In this document: positions 14,007-28,214 of the stretch, one piece after another
Layout of the letters: every line of letters begins with the position of its first letter
Numbering within the stretch: position 1 is the first letter of the stretch
NCBI GenBank assembly: GCA_000320545.1
Contig: ADNK01001159.1
Coordinates: 1-64,000, forward strand
Direction of reading: 5' to 3'
Source: Bigelowiella natans CCMP2755
Lineage: Eukaryota; Protista; Cercozoa
Length of the DNA stretch: 64,000 bases
The notes under the pieces: model-generated
The model's database searches: none
Told to the model about the DNA's origin: nothing
The model's input: only the letters and a program-made list of their open reading frames with translations
Translations under genes and position numbers: made by a program

Positions 14007-14553
14007 GCTACTGTGAGTCCTGCTGCTACTGAAAATTGACCCAACTCTTTCATCATTCACCCATTGCTTGTACTGCCTGAATGGCAATGCTGCCGCTGCT
14101 ACCGACCTTTGTTGTTCCTCACCTCGATGTTTGCCTTTTGCTCAATTAAACACTTCAGACGAGCGAGATCGTTGTTCTTTGCTGCGTGGAAGATGTCAGA
14201 CATTGTTCAACTGTTTCTGCAATCACTGTGACGATGGGGGTGGACAATGGCAATGTGGGGGGGACGACTGCGAAAGAAATTGAGAGATCTGTAAGATTTA
14301 TCTTTTCCGTGTCAAAATTCCTATTTGTCACCCTACTACCGGCAATTTTCGTAAAAGACTTGCAATAGTTGGCTATTTAAGTGGATTTCACATCAGATGT
14401 GTCGTTCTAGCCGTTCATGGACATTTTTATACCAGATTCTACGATCCTACTCTCCACATCGTTGTGCACACAATCACATAATTCAGGAGTCAGGCTACCT
14501 TTCCAAGTTGGTGTCTTTCACCTTGATGTTTGAAGCACGAATATTTTCATTAG

Positions 14554-16321
14554 ATGGGAGCCAGCGCTGGGCTGTTACAGCCTTCGTCGTCACTCCAAGA
14601 TGCGAATCGACGGGATGAGATTCGAAAGACTGCCAAGTCTGCGTTCAAGGCCTGGCATTTTGGCTGTATCGCAACTGTCACCGGAGTAGGAGCAATGATT
14701 GCGCATTACAACAAGGTGCAAAACACCCTGCCCACAAAGGAGCCGTCACTTAAAACTCTCTATCCCTCTCTCTCTCTCTGATTCCAGGCGACATGGATTC
14801 GGAGTATCTTTGCGGTAGCTACATCTGGAGCAATCATTGGCTTTCTGGTATTTATTTTTTGTAGTCTAACGGACTATGGCTGATAAGGAAGATTGATTTT
14901 TGTAGTGGCTGCGACCTGTTTACGAAAACGGTAAATTGAAGCGTGTCGGCACATACGCTGCAGCGGTATCAATACAATACGCTAACAAGCCCCCCCCCCC
15001 CCCCCCCCTCTCTAGCAGAAATATTAACTTCACTATCTTTCAGGTTCAAGCCATGGGAAAAGTTACACCGATACCTCTAGAGTGTCGAAAAGGAAAGCTG
15101 TATAGAAGCTCTATGCCGGGTGACTTTGGATTAAAAAGACTAGTTTGTACTGTCCAGTCAGCGAGCTTTTGTTTTAATCTATCTATATTACTCTTCTCCA
15201 GGTGGATCATACGACGATGAAAGTGAAGTAAGTCATTTGCTCAAATCCAAGATTAATGATCTCTAATTGAGAAAATACATTGGCAGGTGTTGAGTTTATG
15301 GAAGCGTTTCGATGTAACACACATTGCCTGCTTGAATCCAGAAAAAGAAATTCTGAAGAAATCAGGTAAGTTTTGTTTACTAAGCATAATAGAAGGTGGA
15401 TCAAATAAGTGTGTTCTTGGATGTGCTTATCTCAAAGGAAAAGACTTGTTGAAGGAGTATAAAAAAAGAGGACTCACGGTAGTGTCTAACCTGTTGATAA
15501 TGAATTCAACTGATTTTTCTTCATTCAAGGTTAAAACTTGCCCAATCCGTAACTATTACGGCACACAAGTTTTGAGAATTCAGGAGCTTGTGGACACGAT
15601 AGTACGTACATCATCTTTTGAGTTTTGGCTAATTTATTAGTTTGTGATACCTCCATAGATTTCCTCACTTTTCTTTGTTTTGTTCTTTGTATTTCGTTAG
15701 GATTGTTGGTTAGATGATGGTAAAAATGTTGCCATACACTGTAGTGCTGGTGTTGGTCGGACAGGTGAATAAAAATCGTAAATCAAAACTGTGGGGAATG
15801 ATTAAGCGGAGCAGATTTATTATTTTAGGAATGGTTATAGGATGCCTCATGCAAAGTGCCTTTGGATTTGAAGTTGACGAGGCTATACAATATGTTCAGA
15901 AGTATCTGAAGATTTTGCTCAAATGCCAAAAAATGAATAATGAACCCGTAAATTTTAATAATGATGGATAATACAGGTATATTCGATGTGCTCTAACAAA
16001 CCCGAAGCAGATTATAGTGGTAGGTGGTAAATTTTTGCTGGGGTACGGAAGGGGAGGAGAGAGAGAAGATAGATGGATGCATTGTTCTTAACTATGCAAG
16101 GGTATAATCATGTTTTTTCAAGGTCTCAGCATTCGGAGAGCATCTCTCGAGAATGTCGTCAGAAAGTATTAAGAATCTAATTGTCGTGGTGCAGTTGTTA
16201 TTCATTTGCTTTTGTTGTTTTTGTAGAGAAAGACGATGGTAGTTTGAGGATACAATCTAGCGAAAATAAGAAGATTCCTGCCGGAAAGCTTGAAGTTATA
16301 TCTGACGAACAGGACAAATGA
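14554..16321 (+). CDS. Cys-based (CX5R) protein/lipid phosphatase with N-terminal hydrophobic segments, about 12 short exons
   Basis: GKLYRSSMPG, FDVTHIACLNPEKEI, DGKNVAIHCSAGVGRTG|MVIGCLM..DEAIQYVQK|YIRCALTNPKQ; GT-AG introns; stop TGA 16319-16321. Confidence 0.85.
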
Positions 16322-16519
16322 TACCGCAAAATTATTAACTACCCTCAATTGAAGAAAGCTAATGAGTTACCACTGTGAAAGAACAGCAGCTGAAAAATGA
16401 GACGCATTGCGCATTGTAGCTGCCTTAGTTTCATCATCATGCAATCTACACAGCAGATATGTGTCGCAATGTACTGTGTATTTAGTTAATGCGCAGAGCT
16501 ACATACGCATCGCATGTAG

Positions 16520-16985
16520 CTTGTGGATGAACGCTCTCGCTAGCTCGCTCGTGCATGCGCAGCATGAACACAACTGTGCACATGCGCACGCACACAGCTC
16601 TGGAGCTGCCCTAATGATCAGATTGCTTCTCAAAGCAAACAAGCTCGATCAGGCATGTTCTCATCTTCCTTGAGCTTTGTTCTCTCTGAATGAAATGCAT
16701 GGAGAGCAGCAAATGCACTCGGAACGGCTCCGATGATGCAAACACGACGTTCCGCGATGATGCAAACACGACGCTTTCTCGACTCATCTGTGGCTACGAT
16801 GATGGTGGTTTCGATCATCTCATCCACCGACAAGCTGGTGCTGGTGCTACTGTTGTTGTGATTCTATGGTGGTGGTGGTGGTGGTGGTGGTGGCGATAGT
16901 GGTGGCCTCCTCCTTCTCCTCCTGCTCCTTCTCTTCTCTAGATGTTCCGCAGCGGGAAAAGTGGTTGCGAGGAGCCGTGCTTGGA
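16520..16985. other. TpA-depleted intergenic domain
   Basis: Residual TA only as CTA/TAG; CA/TG-rich. Confidence 0.8.
16731..16773 (+). repeat. Tandem duplication, 24-bp period
   Basis: cgatgatgcaaacacgacg twice. Confidence 0.9.
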
Positions 16986-17359
16986 TGTACTCTATTTTGA
17001 ATGAATGATTAAATCAATAATGATACAGGTAACAACATGGGAAATACTCATGACATAGAGAACTCTCCAATGTGAGATGTAGTAGTAGTACATGTAGTAG
17101 TAGTTGTAGTGTACGGAAAGTTTAGATCTAGTGTTCACACATTTGACACTTGTTCATCCGACGAGGAAAAATGAACTAATATTTCGTTTCCTACATTATT
17201 GCATTCTATTCTGTGTGCCTGCATGTCGTACCGACAAAAGATAGACGATTTCGTTGGTGTCGCATGACGATAATGATGATGAGATGATCTACCTTTCTTG
17301 TTGTACAAACAAGCCGACGGACTGGACTGGACCTAGACCTCCACCTGACCACAGACACG

Positions 17360-18555
17360 ATGTTGAGAAAATTCGTTGCAGATTCGCTGTCACCACCAAA
17401 CATGAACCCAGTAGAGTTCAAGATGGACTTGGAAGATGTGCCTTTTGACCCAAGGCGTCATTTACAGTACGAACCACCGACACACGTAAAAACTTTGGAT
17501 TTCAAAGATGTTCCATTTCCCTACTCGCCGGAGATTCAACGGGACTTCCCTGGGGTAGCTTATACGCGCCCATTTCGTTTGCTTTCAGAGGAAGGCACTC
17601 AAATATTGAGTGAGTGTTCTATTTTGTATCATCCTGTTGTTGTCCCTAAAGTATCTTCACCTTTTTCACACTCTTTCCCCATCCAGAATCGATTGTTATG
17701 AGGTACAAAGATACCCATCTTAAACAAAATGAGCGTAACAAGTGTCTTCGTGGACTTGGTTACCTCTCGAAATGGGTGCGCGACTTCTCGTTTAACCCTG
17801 ATGTCAACAAAATTTTTGCAGATCTCTCACTTCAACCCCTATCTCCCCACAATGGAATTATGAACCATGGACACACAAATTTTGGAGAGCCAGGAGCTGG
17901 TAGAGCTGTGGACCAATGGCATGTCGACAGCACCGACTATGTGTTCGTTCTTATCTTAAGCGACATGACAGACATGGATGGGGGAGAACTGCAGGTATTG
18001 CAGATGGCTGATGCCAGCGGGAAATTCTTCGATGATCTCAGGGTGACGGGAGTTCCAAAATCTAAGATTGAAACTGTCAACTATAAGGGGGCAGGTTACT
18101 GCGTCTTCATGCAGGGCTCGAAGATCCTGCACTCAGTTACACCAGTCCTGAAGGCGAGGGAGCCCCGTATCTCCTTCGTACAGTCCTTCACGAATAGAAA
18201 TGTGTTTGCGGACGATAGGACTCGCCTCGTTGCATTTCGAGATCAAGCTAATGATCCAGACGATGTAGCTAATCTCGAGTATGCCCGTCATAAAGCCTGG
18301 CGTGTAAAGGGGCAGATGCAATACATAGCTGAAAAAGTAAAATTTGGTACCTCCGAAAAAGAGTTGGCTAGCATATTTGCTAACGCAGCGAAGGAGCTCT
18401 TAAAAGCCCGTAAACTGCTTTTGAGAGAAATTAGTGATCTACCAGGATTTTTAGTAAACGAAAATGATAAAGTCACAACCTCTGGAAAAGACCGTGGCGC
18501 CAAACAAAAGGTTGTGAATAAAGGGGGAAATGGAGCTCCAAGGGCAAAACTCTAA
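17360..18555 (+). CDS. 2OG-Fe(II) dioxygenase-like protein (one intron at about 17610-17687)
   Basis: HxD motif WHVDSTDYVFVLILSD..GGEL, distal His and 2OG-binding Arg in MQGSKILHSV..PRISFVQSF; N-terminal FDPRRHLQYEPP..PFRLLSEEG. Confidence 0.85.
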
Positions 18556-18959
18556 ATGTAGATAAAATTAGATACTGCAAAAATCTCTGCAATTCCCTGG
18601 TCGTCACGTTCACAGAATCAGCGAAAGTGCTTTTGGATAATCATCCGGGATTTAAGGATGAACGAATCTTGTTTTCATGTTTTCATTGCTTCACACGTAA
18701 TATATGCAAGCCTCTGCTACGATGTTACATACACCTGATACCATGTTCATTACACACTGTACGTACAAGAGTGCCTCTTCTCTGATACATACGCATGAGC
18801 TGCGACCGTACCTGGCAAGAACCGTCAGTCACGTCAGGCTGGGCCAGAAAAACCGAATTGCTGGTTGCTAGGTTGTTCGCAACATGAAATAAAGAGGGAC
18901 AACCACCTTTAGCCTCACCTAGTCGCTGAGAGCCATGATCGCGGTGGGGTCGTAGTCGG

Positions 18960-19700
18960 ATGTGGCACTCTAGCATTACTAGACCATTCAGTTGTTCACC
19001 TGCTATATAGCCTGAGCTGGTCCAGTGGTGATCATCGCTAGATCGTGGCCACGTTGCACACCTAAACAGCGCATGCTAGCCATGCAGCATCTCTTTGGCT
19101 GTCCTGTTCCCTAGCTAGCTAGCTAGCTAATGCCAATTATACAATTGTTCACATTTACATCCATGCATCAATCATGGCTAGATAGCATGTACGTGTACAT
19201 GCATGGTCTCTCTGCGCTGCCTTGCAACTAGTCAATGATGACTCTTAAGGACTAGATCTAGAGATGATACGATGGCAATAATTTGCACAAATTCATCTAG
19301 TCATGTCCATGGTCCATGATGTGATCTAGTGTGATGCAGCATGCTAGCATGGCTATGCTAGTACGTACTAGAGTAGATGGCATGCGCACGTACGCTAGTA
19401 CGACTATGGCACACAGAGAGCTAGTAGAGGGATGGATCTCTGCGCGCTCTTCTGAGCATCACTAGCGGATCATTTAGAAGTTTACTAGCTAGACTATAGT
19501 CTAGCTAGTGTGCATCATCATCTAATTTCATTCGTGATTTTGTTAGCTCTAGAGCTCATCTCTAGCTAGTTTTGGCAACAACAATCAATAAACACTTCTA
19601 GACTTCTGAGTTGCTAGCTAGCTAGTGATGTACGTGGTGTGTACCGGGCGGACGAAGAGCCTTCCGTTGGTTTGCAACACTTAACTAACTATCAAGCCTA
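18960..19700. other. CTAG/palindromic-tetramer-rich domain between convergent genes
   Basis: Dense CTAG, CATG, GTAC, AGCT (e.g. ctagctagctagctagcta at 19111). Confidence 0.8.
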
Positions 19701-20061
19701 GCTAAAATTTACACCTTGCGGCACTTCGCCAAAATAAGCGTGCGCAGATGCGCAGCCCCAATTTTTACTGTAGAATAGTCCACGCACTCTGCCTAGCTGC
19801 TTCTGATTTGACGATGTCATTATTATTCTAGTATTGGTCGCAGAATGCAGTCGAGGAGTCCTTGTATGTACATTCTACATTTTGGCTTTATATGCGATGC
19901 TTACTACGAGCTCCGGGTGCCGAAGCGTTGGATAGTCGCTGACCGTTGTGCTTACTTGATTTCATAATCAGTGACGAAGACTTACATTCTAATAATATTT
20001 GAGTCAATACAGTCTCAATGTGTAGGTGAAGTCATCATCACAGTTTCATTTGTATAGTGGG

Positions 20062-20076
20062 GGTGTCTTAGACACC
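20062..20076 (-). terminator. Histone 3' stem-loop-like element after H4
   Basis: Minus strand ACAACC-GGTGTC-TAA-GACACC-CCCA, about 30 nt after the stop; the loop is 3 nt here versus 4 nt in the canonical element. Confidence 0.7.
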
Positions 20077-20104
20077 GGTTGTATTTCTGGAATTGACTGG
20101 TAAT

Positions 20105-21234
<1,130 letters not shown>

Positions 21235-21705
21235 ATGTCTGGAAAAGGAAAAGGAAAAGGAGGCCGCGGAAAAGGCAAAGCCGTGAAGGCAACCACCCGA
21301 TCAGCTCGCGCTGGTCTGCAATTCCCTGTAGGCCGTATCTCTCGTTTCTTGCGCAGAGGACGCTACGCAACTCGTGTTGGAGGCGGTGCTCCCGTCTACC
21401 TTGCAGCAGTCCTCGAGTACCTCACCGCTGAGATTCTCGAGCTTGCTGGAAATGCTGCTCGCGACAACAAGCGATCCCGTATCATTCCTCGCCACGTCCA
21501 GCTCGCTATCCGCAACGACGAAGAGCTTAACAAGCTTCTCGGAGATGTCACCATCGCTGCAGGAGGTGTTCTCCCAAACATTCACGCTGTCCTCCTGCCT
21601 AAGAAGAAGGCATCCAGCACAGTTACTAAGAAGCCTAAGAAGAAGTCTTCCAAGAAGAAGGGAAAGAAAAAGGGAAAGAGAGTTGCTGCCTCCCAGGAAT
21701 ACTAA
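21235..21705 (+). CDS. H2AX: Histone H2A.X-type with a long Lys-rich tail, intronless
   Basis: [53 protein letters not shown]; C-terminal SQEY. Confidence 0.97.
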   Translation: MSGKGKGKGGRGKGKAVKATTRSARAGLQFPVGRISRFLRRGRYATRVGGGAPVYLAAVLEYLTAEILELAGNAARDNKRSRIIPRHVQLAIRNDEELNKLLGDVTIAAGGVLPNIHAVLLPKKKASSTVTKKPKKKSSKKKGKKKGKRVAASQEY

Positions 21706-21738
21706 ATATGCCGTTGATCCAATTCAACAAGTCCAATT

Positions 21739-21754
21739 GGTGTTTCTAAACACC
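21739..21754 (+). terminator. Histone 3' stem-loop after H2A.X
   Basis: CCAATT-GGTGTT-TCTA-AACACC-ACCGA: 6-bp stem starting GG, 4-nt loop starting U and ending A, ACC 3' flank, about 33 nt after the stop. Confidence 0.85.
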
Positions 21755-21909
21755 ACCGATTTTTATCCGAAACATGTCGGTCTTTCCGTGTCAGCTTAAT
21801 GCACAAAATTTCTTCTGACTATAAGTGCATTGCAAATTTAGAGTACAATGTCCGCATGTATATGGCTGTCCAATTTAAGAAAACTAGAAACAATCATAAA
21901 ATGATATCG

Positions 21910-22420
21910 TTGAAAAAATAATCGAAGACATGCAGATCTGTGTCACATGTGCCATTGCGATCGATGGCGCGCACTAGCACAGGCTGTAGAACTGGCACAG
22001 CTTCATCATTGCGGGCCAATGTCCATTGTGCCAGCGGGCGCACTTGTTTGTCATCGTCATTGCCGGCCGTGCAAAGAACGTGTTTTGGTCAGCTTCATTC
22101 GAATGAATCAAAAAACACGTTTTTGAGGTGAAGCTTTTGAAACCAGGCCGAAGTCTCTCTGATCGAAGCAAAATGAAAGCTTCAAAATTGATTGTGCTGA
22201 ACGCAATTTGTTGACATCTGTTACATGCATCTAGATGTTCCATGCACGCATCTAGCTAGCTAGGCATGATGATGCTAACTTGTCAAGAGCATGAATTGCG
22301 TGGATGGGCACGGTGTGGCGGCACGCATGGTGGCATGTGCATGCTGTCGCTGCTACTCTCCTGCATGTGGCGGACTGTCAGTCGACAAAGCACCTAGCAC
22401 TCGTCGGCGGCCATGCGCAA
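21910..22420. other. TpA-depleted intergenic domain
   Basis: Almost all residual TA in CTA/TAG context. Confidence 0.8.
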
Positions 22421-22749
22421 TATCTGTATTGTGGTTCATATTCCGACTTATTGCCATTACATTGCGCATGCTGTGCATATTTTGGTTTTCATGCACATGT
22501 TTGTCCTGCTTGTGTCAGCACATCTCCTGTCAAGCAACATTCACTTCCCAGCCATGGGGAGCCTCAAATCCATCTGCTACTCCAACCCATTCCCCTGATT
22601 GTGGACGAATAAATATCATTTTTTACATTTTGAGTTCATGCCATTGGAATGCTTACCGTCATCGTCCTTCATGCATATTGCCGCCACAACATGCATCCCC
22701 AGCGAATTAAATCCCTAAAGCATGTTACAAAAGCTGGCTCAAGGGTGTA

Positions 22750-24590
22750 AGCAAAACGCAGAATTAGGGCAAGTGTATCCACCTTTCCTGTAGCATTCAC
22801 GAGGGAAAGCATTTGAAGATCGTCCTCTTCCTATAATAAACCGTTTACATGGTTCCGTAAAATATTTTCTTGAAGATTAGGAAATTTTAACCATTTATTT
22901 TCTTTTCAGGTATATTGTGAATTGATGTGGATTATTGCAGGAGTGGTAAAGAATTGTATCGTTTCATTGATGTGCGACCTCTTCATATTCCGTAGGCGAC
23001 AACGTGCATACGTGCATAGCTCGAACCTAAATTACAGGTTGTATAATTTCGGATTTATTTCAATTTTCTTCCTTGATTGTGCTGTTTTGTGTTGTTTTGG
23101 ATTGCATATTGATTATGTACCCCTCTTCCATAGTATAGCGAACAATCCATTGCCATCCTAGATAAATTTAAGGCACCGCGATTTAAAAAAAGAACATGTT
23201 GCACTGGCATCATCTGAGTAGTATGGTGAACCTGAAGAGGGAATTCTTCACGGACAGGAACCCGCCACCGTTCAGAGCATATTCAGCGCCAGTTATGACC
23301 GGATTTTGTGGATGGGGTTTCCTTGAAGGATCGCACAAACACCAAAATCATCAATAAAATACCTCCATCACACCACCACCACCAGCAGCACCACCAGCAC
23401 CACCAGCACCGACTGTCTTTATACAGGTGTTGGGAGACTGTTTTCTGTATTACCCCTCTCCCTTTACTGTCCTCTATGTTTACTTTTACGTACCATTCCG
23501 AAGGATCCTTAAGCTCACTAACGTATAAATCGGTTGTCGCCGGTTCCTAACACGTGCATGGTTGTCTTTCGTCATAAAACCATCCTCTATGATGCATCTG
23601 ACGACGTGCAAATGAAAAAGATCAACAAATGGCTCAGCTCACTTCTCCATCACTGTACAGTCCGAGTCTATGCTGTCCCTCCTCATTAAATTTTCGCCTG
23701 TTGATGGTAGGAAGTAGAAGTAAAGGCGGGGAAGGCAGATCACAACAATAAGTCCTGATGAATATCCAACTCACATTCAGCACAACAGAGATTGTGCGGT
23801 CGGTAAGTAAATTAGCCTCACCTTGTGTTAAAGAGGTATAGCCTATCATCCTTGACCTTTTAATAAAATAGGTAATTGAAACTGTAATGAGGGGGTTGGT
23901 GATCACTATAACGAGTAGAAACTAAAATCTTTAAATAGCTTCTTACCACCAAAGTAGCGTGCATCACCGAAGCCTGTCGTGAATCACGTAAGAAGAAGAA
24001 GACGGCGTGATGAGTATGATATTAAAATTAGGAAAAAAAATCAAATTCCAAAGCAAATCACCGTTACCTTCTCATCAACAATGCAGAAATGCTGCCAGTC
24101 ATAAGGGAATTCCTTTTCAAATGTTTATGATAAATTTATCTGCACGTATAAATTGACATGCACATGTATACTGCACACATCCTCATGTGATTTTATAAGT
24201 GGATTGATGCAAATGATTGCAGGACGATTTCCTTGTCCTTTTCCCATCATCATTTTTCATACTTACCACCTAATTGTAGTACCTTGCAAATGTAAATGGA
24301 AAGGGCCATGCTATTCTCTTTTGAAGGTCCACAAGCGTATACCTGTTTGTGGCAACAACGACGCGATCTGGTAAGATAATTACGCAGATACGTGCTTGAT
24401 CTGACTATCAACCAATCAACACTCGGCCCACCGCTGCCGATGAGGGAAGAACAGGATATATTGTGGCGGAGAGAATTTCTTCTTCTATTTTCTGTATTTT
24501 TTGAAATTGTAGACCATGTATCATCTACCTCTCCTTTGAATACCACGACAGAAGGATAGTTGAACCCTATAATACCATCACACGCACACA

Positions 24591-24654
<64 letters not shown>

Positions 24655-27098
24655 GGGGGGGGAGGGGTGGGGAGGAGAGAGAGAAATTCATATTCAGTAT
24701 TGCAATATTAGATGTATTCCGCAGTAATATCTAACGAACCTCTTTCCTCACAATCACCTAGATCTGTGGCGACCTACGAAGCAATTGAAACAACCGAGTA
24801 AGTGTCGATATTTCCCCCTTGTTCAACACTATTTTCTCCATAATTATCCGCCAAATTGCCCAGTGGATTCGTACATTGACTTGTCATCAGATTCTCTTCT
24901 TCGTCTCCACCCTCCCGTATCCCCCCCTCCCCCCCCCCCCCCCTCCTCCTCCTCCTCCTCCTATTTTCCTTGTTTCACTAGTAGTACCGGTTCATCCCAG
25001 TGAATAGATTTACTGATGAAGGAGAAGGTTGAGTCAATATCGGCAGCACATGTAGTACGCATTTTCTCTACGCTCAAACAATCGTATTGATCTGATGCCA
25101 CTACCACACTACAACTCCTCCCTATTTACACCATATCCTGTCCCCACCTCCTTGTCGTTCGCACCATGTTTTTTGAATGTAGTGAGAATTACCCATCTTT
25201 CCCTTCCGATGATGACTTCAATTCAAATCGAGAGCACATGACCTTAATTTGTAAATATGATGGCAGGATAGAAGAAGAAGAAGAAGAAGAAGAAGAAGAA
25301 GAAGGAGAAGAAGAGAAGAAGGAGAAGAGAAACGTGGTTATCAGCAGAGCCAGAGACGAGCAACGATGCCGACAAGAAAATCCAACAAAAGCTAAATGGT
25401 GTAGTCTTTCCTGGCATTCAAGCACGCATACTACAAATGTGATGCTGCATGTTGACTGACAACACTATCTCGTACCTGCTGGCCAAGAATATCTGAAAAA
25501 AACAGGTGCCCTGGTGGAGGGGTAATCATTGACAAAAACAGAGTGTGAAATGCCATAAAAAGGATGAGGAGGAGGAGGAGGAATAATGATGGGTCAGTAC
25601 TGTGTTGGCAATCTAGATTAAGAAACTCTCGATGAGCCTTGATGGCGAAGTAAGGGGTTCCCGTCATCTTCACCACCAGGTATGAGATTACTAAGGCTAC
25701 ATTTTCAACAACATCCTCATGTCTTCGCATAGCAAGCAACAACATGGGGAAATGTTTCAACCCCACCCTCAGAGTCGGAGTCCTCCTTGCCTGAAGAAAG
25801 TAAGAAGGACATACCAGTTTTAGTGAAAGGAGTAAGATGTGTTGTAGTCATATAAAAGCAGCACAACAGTGAACTATACGGCATAGATTTGCTGAAGTTG
25901 TTTAATCCTCTTACTTACGTCGGATCAGGAAGGGGTCTGCCATCACTATACATCGCCGTTTCCCATTTTTCATAACATAACAAGGAGATAATTAGTGAAT
26001 AACATCTTGTCTCAAAAAATAAGGTCGTAACAATATATAGAAGGGGAATGCTACTACCTCCAAGGAAAAATCCATGAATATATATCAAAATCACCACTAC
26101 GAATTGAGGAGGAGGAGTATACACGAATACCGGGTATGACCGCACACGCAACAATCATGTAGCAAGGTTACAAGAGTAGTAGTAGCAGTAGTACTAGTAG
26201 TAATGATTGTAGTTGTAATAATAGTAGTAAGTAGCAAGGGGGAAGCAGCAATGAGTTCAATAGCAGCATTACTCTTTCCAGCTATCGAGCCAGTTGGCAG
26301 TATGTGTGGCAACGGGCCAATATCGTTCTGTAGCAAATTTGCATAGTGACGATAGTGATGATTATAATAATGATGATATGAATCATAGCGTTTTGAGATT
26401 TCACCTTCTCATCAAAGAGCTTTCCAAGACCGCCACTCGCGAGATATCTTAGAAGAGGGAGGGGGTGATGAAGCATCCACATGTCATTCATGCATCGTCC
26501 TGCATCTCTTTCAAGCAAAATATTGCTGGCTTACGTCCTGATTGACGGCTGCTTTGTCAAGCCCATATAAATTTCGTCTCCAAAGAATGTCACAATTTCT
26601 TCGTCTTCATACATATCGCTGAATAAACAATGCGTGGTTAACTAGCGTAGGATTTGTAGGCGTGGAGATTGTTAAGCATTTTTTAGAAAAGGATAACAGT
26701 GCTGCTACTCGCGGGATGAGGGTATGTTAACGATGGCAAGGAGTAAGTAATAATCAGACGTTCCACATTTGCAAAATGGCAGATTTGTACTAATTCTCTC
26801 CACGCATACACGTGTTTTTGTAAGCACTTACTGTTCCTTTAGATAGCGTATGACATATTCCGGAGAGATCCCTGGCTTTTCACGAAGTAGTAAGGTATAA
26901 CTACGAACAACAGGCTGAAGCAAAAGTGGATGTAATCAAGGAAGGCAGACATTTAGGAGATATTCATGCACTTGCAGTCTATCTTACGGAGGAGGCTTCA
27001 AGTTCTGGAAGAGACGTAAAGCGGTCAGCATCACAGATCTGCCTTCCATCGTTGCAAATAGCAACCGGAGAAACGGCACGACCTTCGACGCACCCCAT
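22750..27098 (-). CDS. Multi-exon protein with a C-terminal GINT1/GH43-like beta-propeller; both ends approximate
   Basis: Exons AWPFPFTF, FEKEFPYDWQHFCIVDEK|ASVMHATLV|DDRLYLFNTR, TDLYVSELKDPSEW|KPHPQNPVITGAEYALNGG and VRAMHVCTLSPTEYEE follow the motif order of the GINT1 N-terminal propeller. Confidence 0.65.
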
Positions 27099-27503
27099 GA
27101 TTGCCACACTAACAATGAGCTACGGAGAAGTAAGCGTCCACGTGCTGATCAGGTGAGATGAGTGAAGAGTAACTGCTGCTTTAGAATTAAAAATATGGGG
27201 TTTTCTACGTTAAATTCTTGTTTTTTTTAAAAATGAAGAGCGGGAATGGAATGGAACAGTGAATTTGGATGATAACAAAGTTGGATTGTAAAATACGATA
27301 GAATACCCAAAATTAATTTTCCAAGAAAAGACTCCGAACAATGTCTCGGTGATCTTCATGATTCGATCTCCTTATCAGCCACGAAGTCGCTACAGCTGTG
27401 AATTCATGCCATAGAAAGGCATTTCCTGAAATATTCATCTGAAAACCTTGTCGTTGTGCAAAAACGGGACCATGACAATCGATTCTCCTGGAAAACTGGA
27501 AAA

Positions 27504-28159
27504 ATGGAACCCGGCGTCCACGTCGGCGGAAACCTGAAAAAGGGTGACGGTGAAACAAGCCCCAAGAAAATGGACCTCCATATTACCTTGATGGAGACGC
27601 GCGATTTGTTCTTACTACTAATGGGATATCTATTCCTTTGCGCCTTTGTCTCGATATACATCCAAACTCCAGGTAGCACACGCTGTTAGGGTTAGTCAGG
27701 GTGTTGAGCTGCAGATGATCATTTTTCTTTTTTGGATTGAGATCGATGCACTTTATGTTTTCATATTTACAGGCCTCTTTGGTGATGACGGCATCCTTCC
27801 TATCCAGCCCGTTAAGTACCCGGTCGTTACTATCGTTGCGGTTTTGTTATTGTAGTTATTATCTTTCAATACTGCGATCAAAATCTAATTACCCCTCTTT
27901 CTCCTCCTCTCCCTCCTCCTCTTCCCCCTTCCCCTTGCTCCCCCCCCCCCTCCTCCGACTACTATTGTTATTTTTTTGATAGAAGAGTATGATGGAATCC
28001 GAATCCTGGTTACGTTGTTCCCCTTGGAGATTGTTTTGTTTTGTCAAGATGTAGTAACTATAGCGATGTCATGTTCACATCAGGAAAGAGATCTTCAACC
28101 TTTTCCTTGAGAATCCAAACCTGTTGCTGCTTTGTAAGGTACATATACGTATCTAATAA

Positions 28160-28214
<55 letters not shown>

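Noticed and set aside
12703-14087. Stack of 70-150-aa ORFs on both strands
   Set aside because: An artefact of missing TAA/TAG in the TpA desert plus SSRs; no protein motifs
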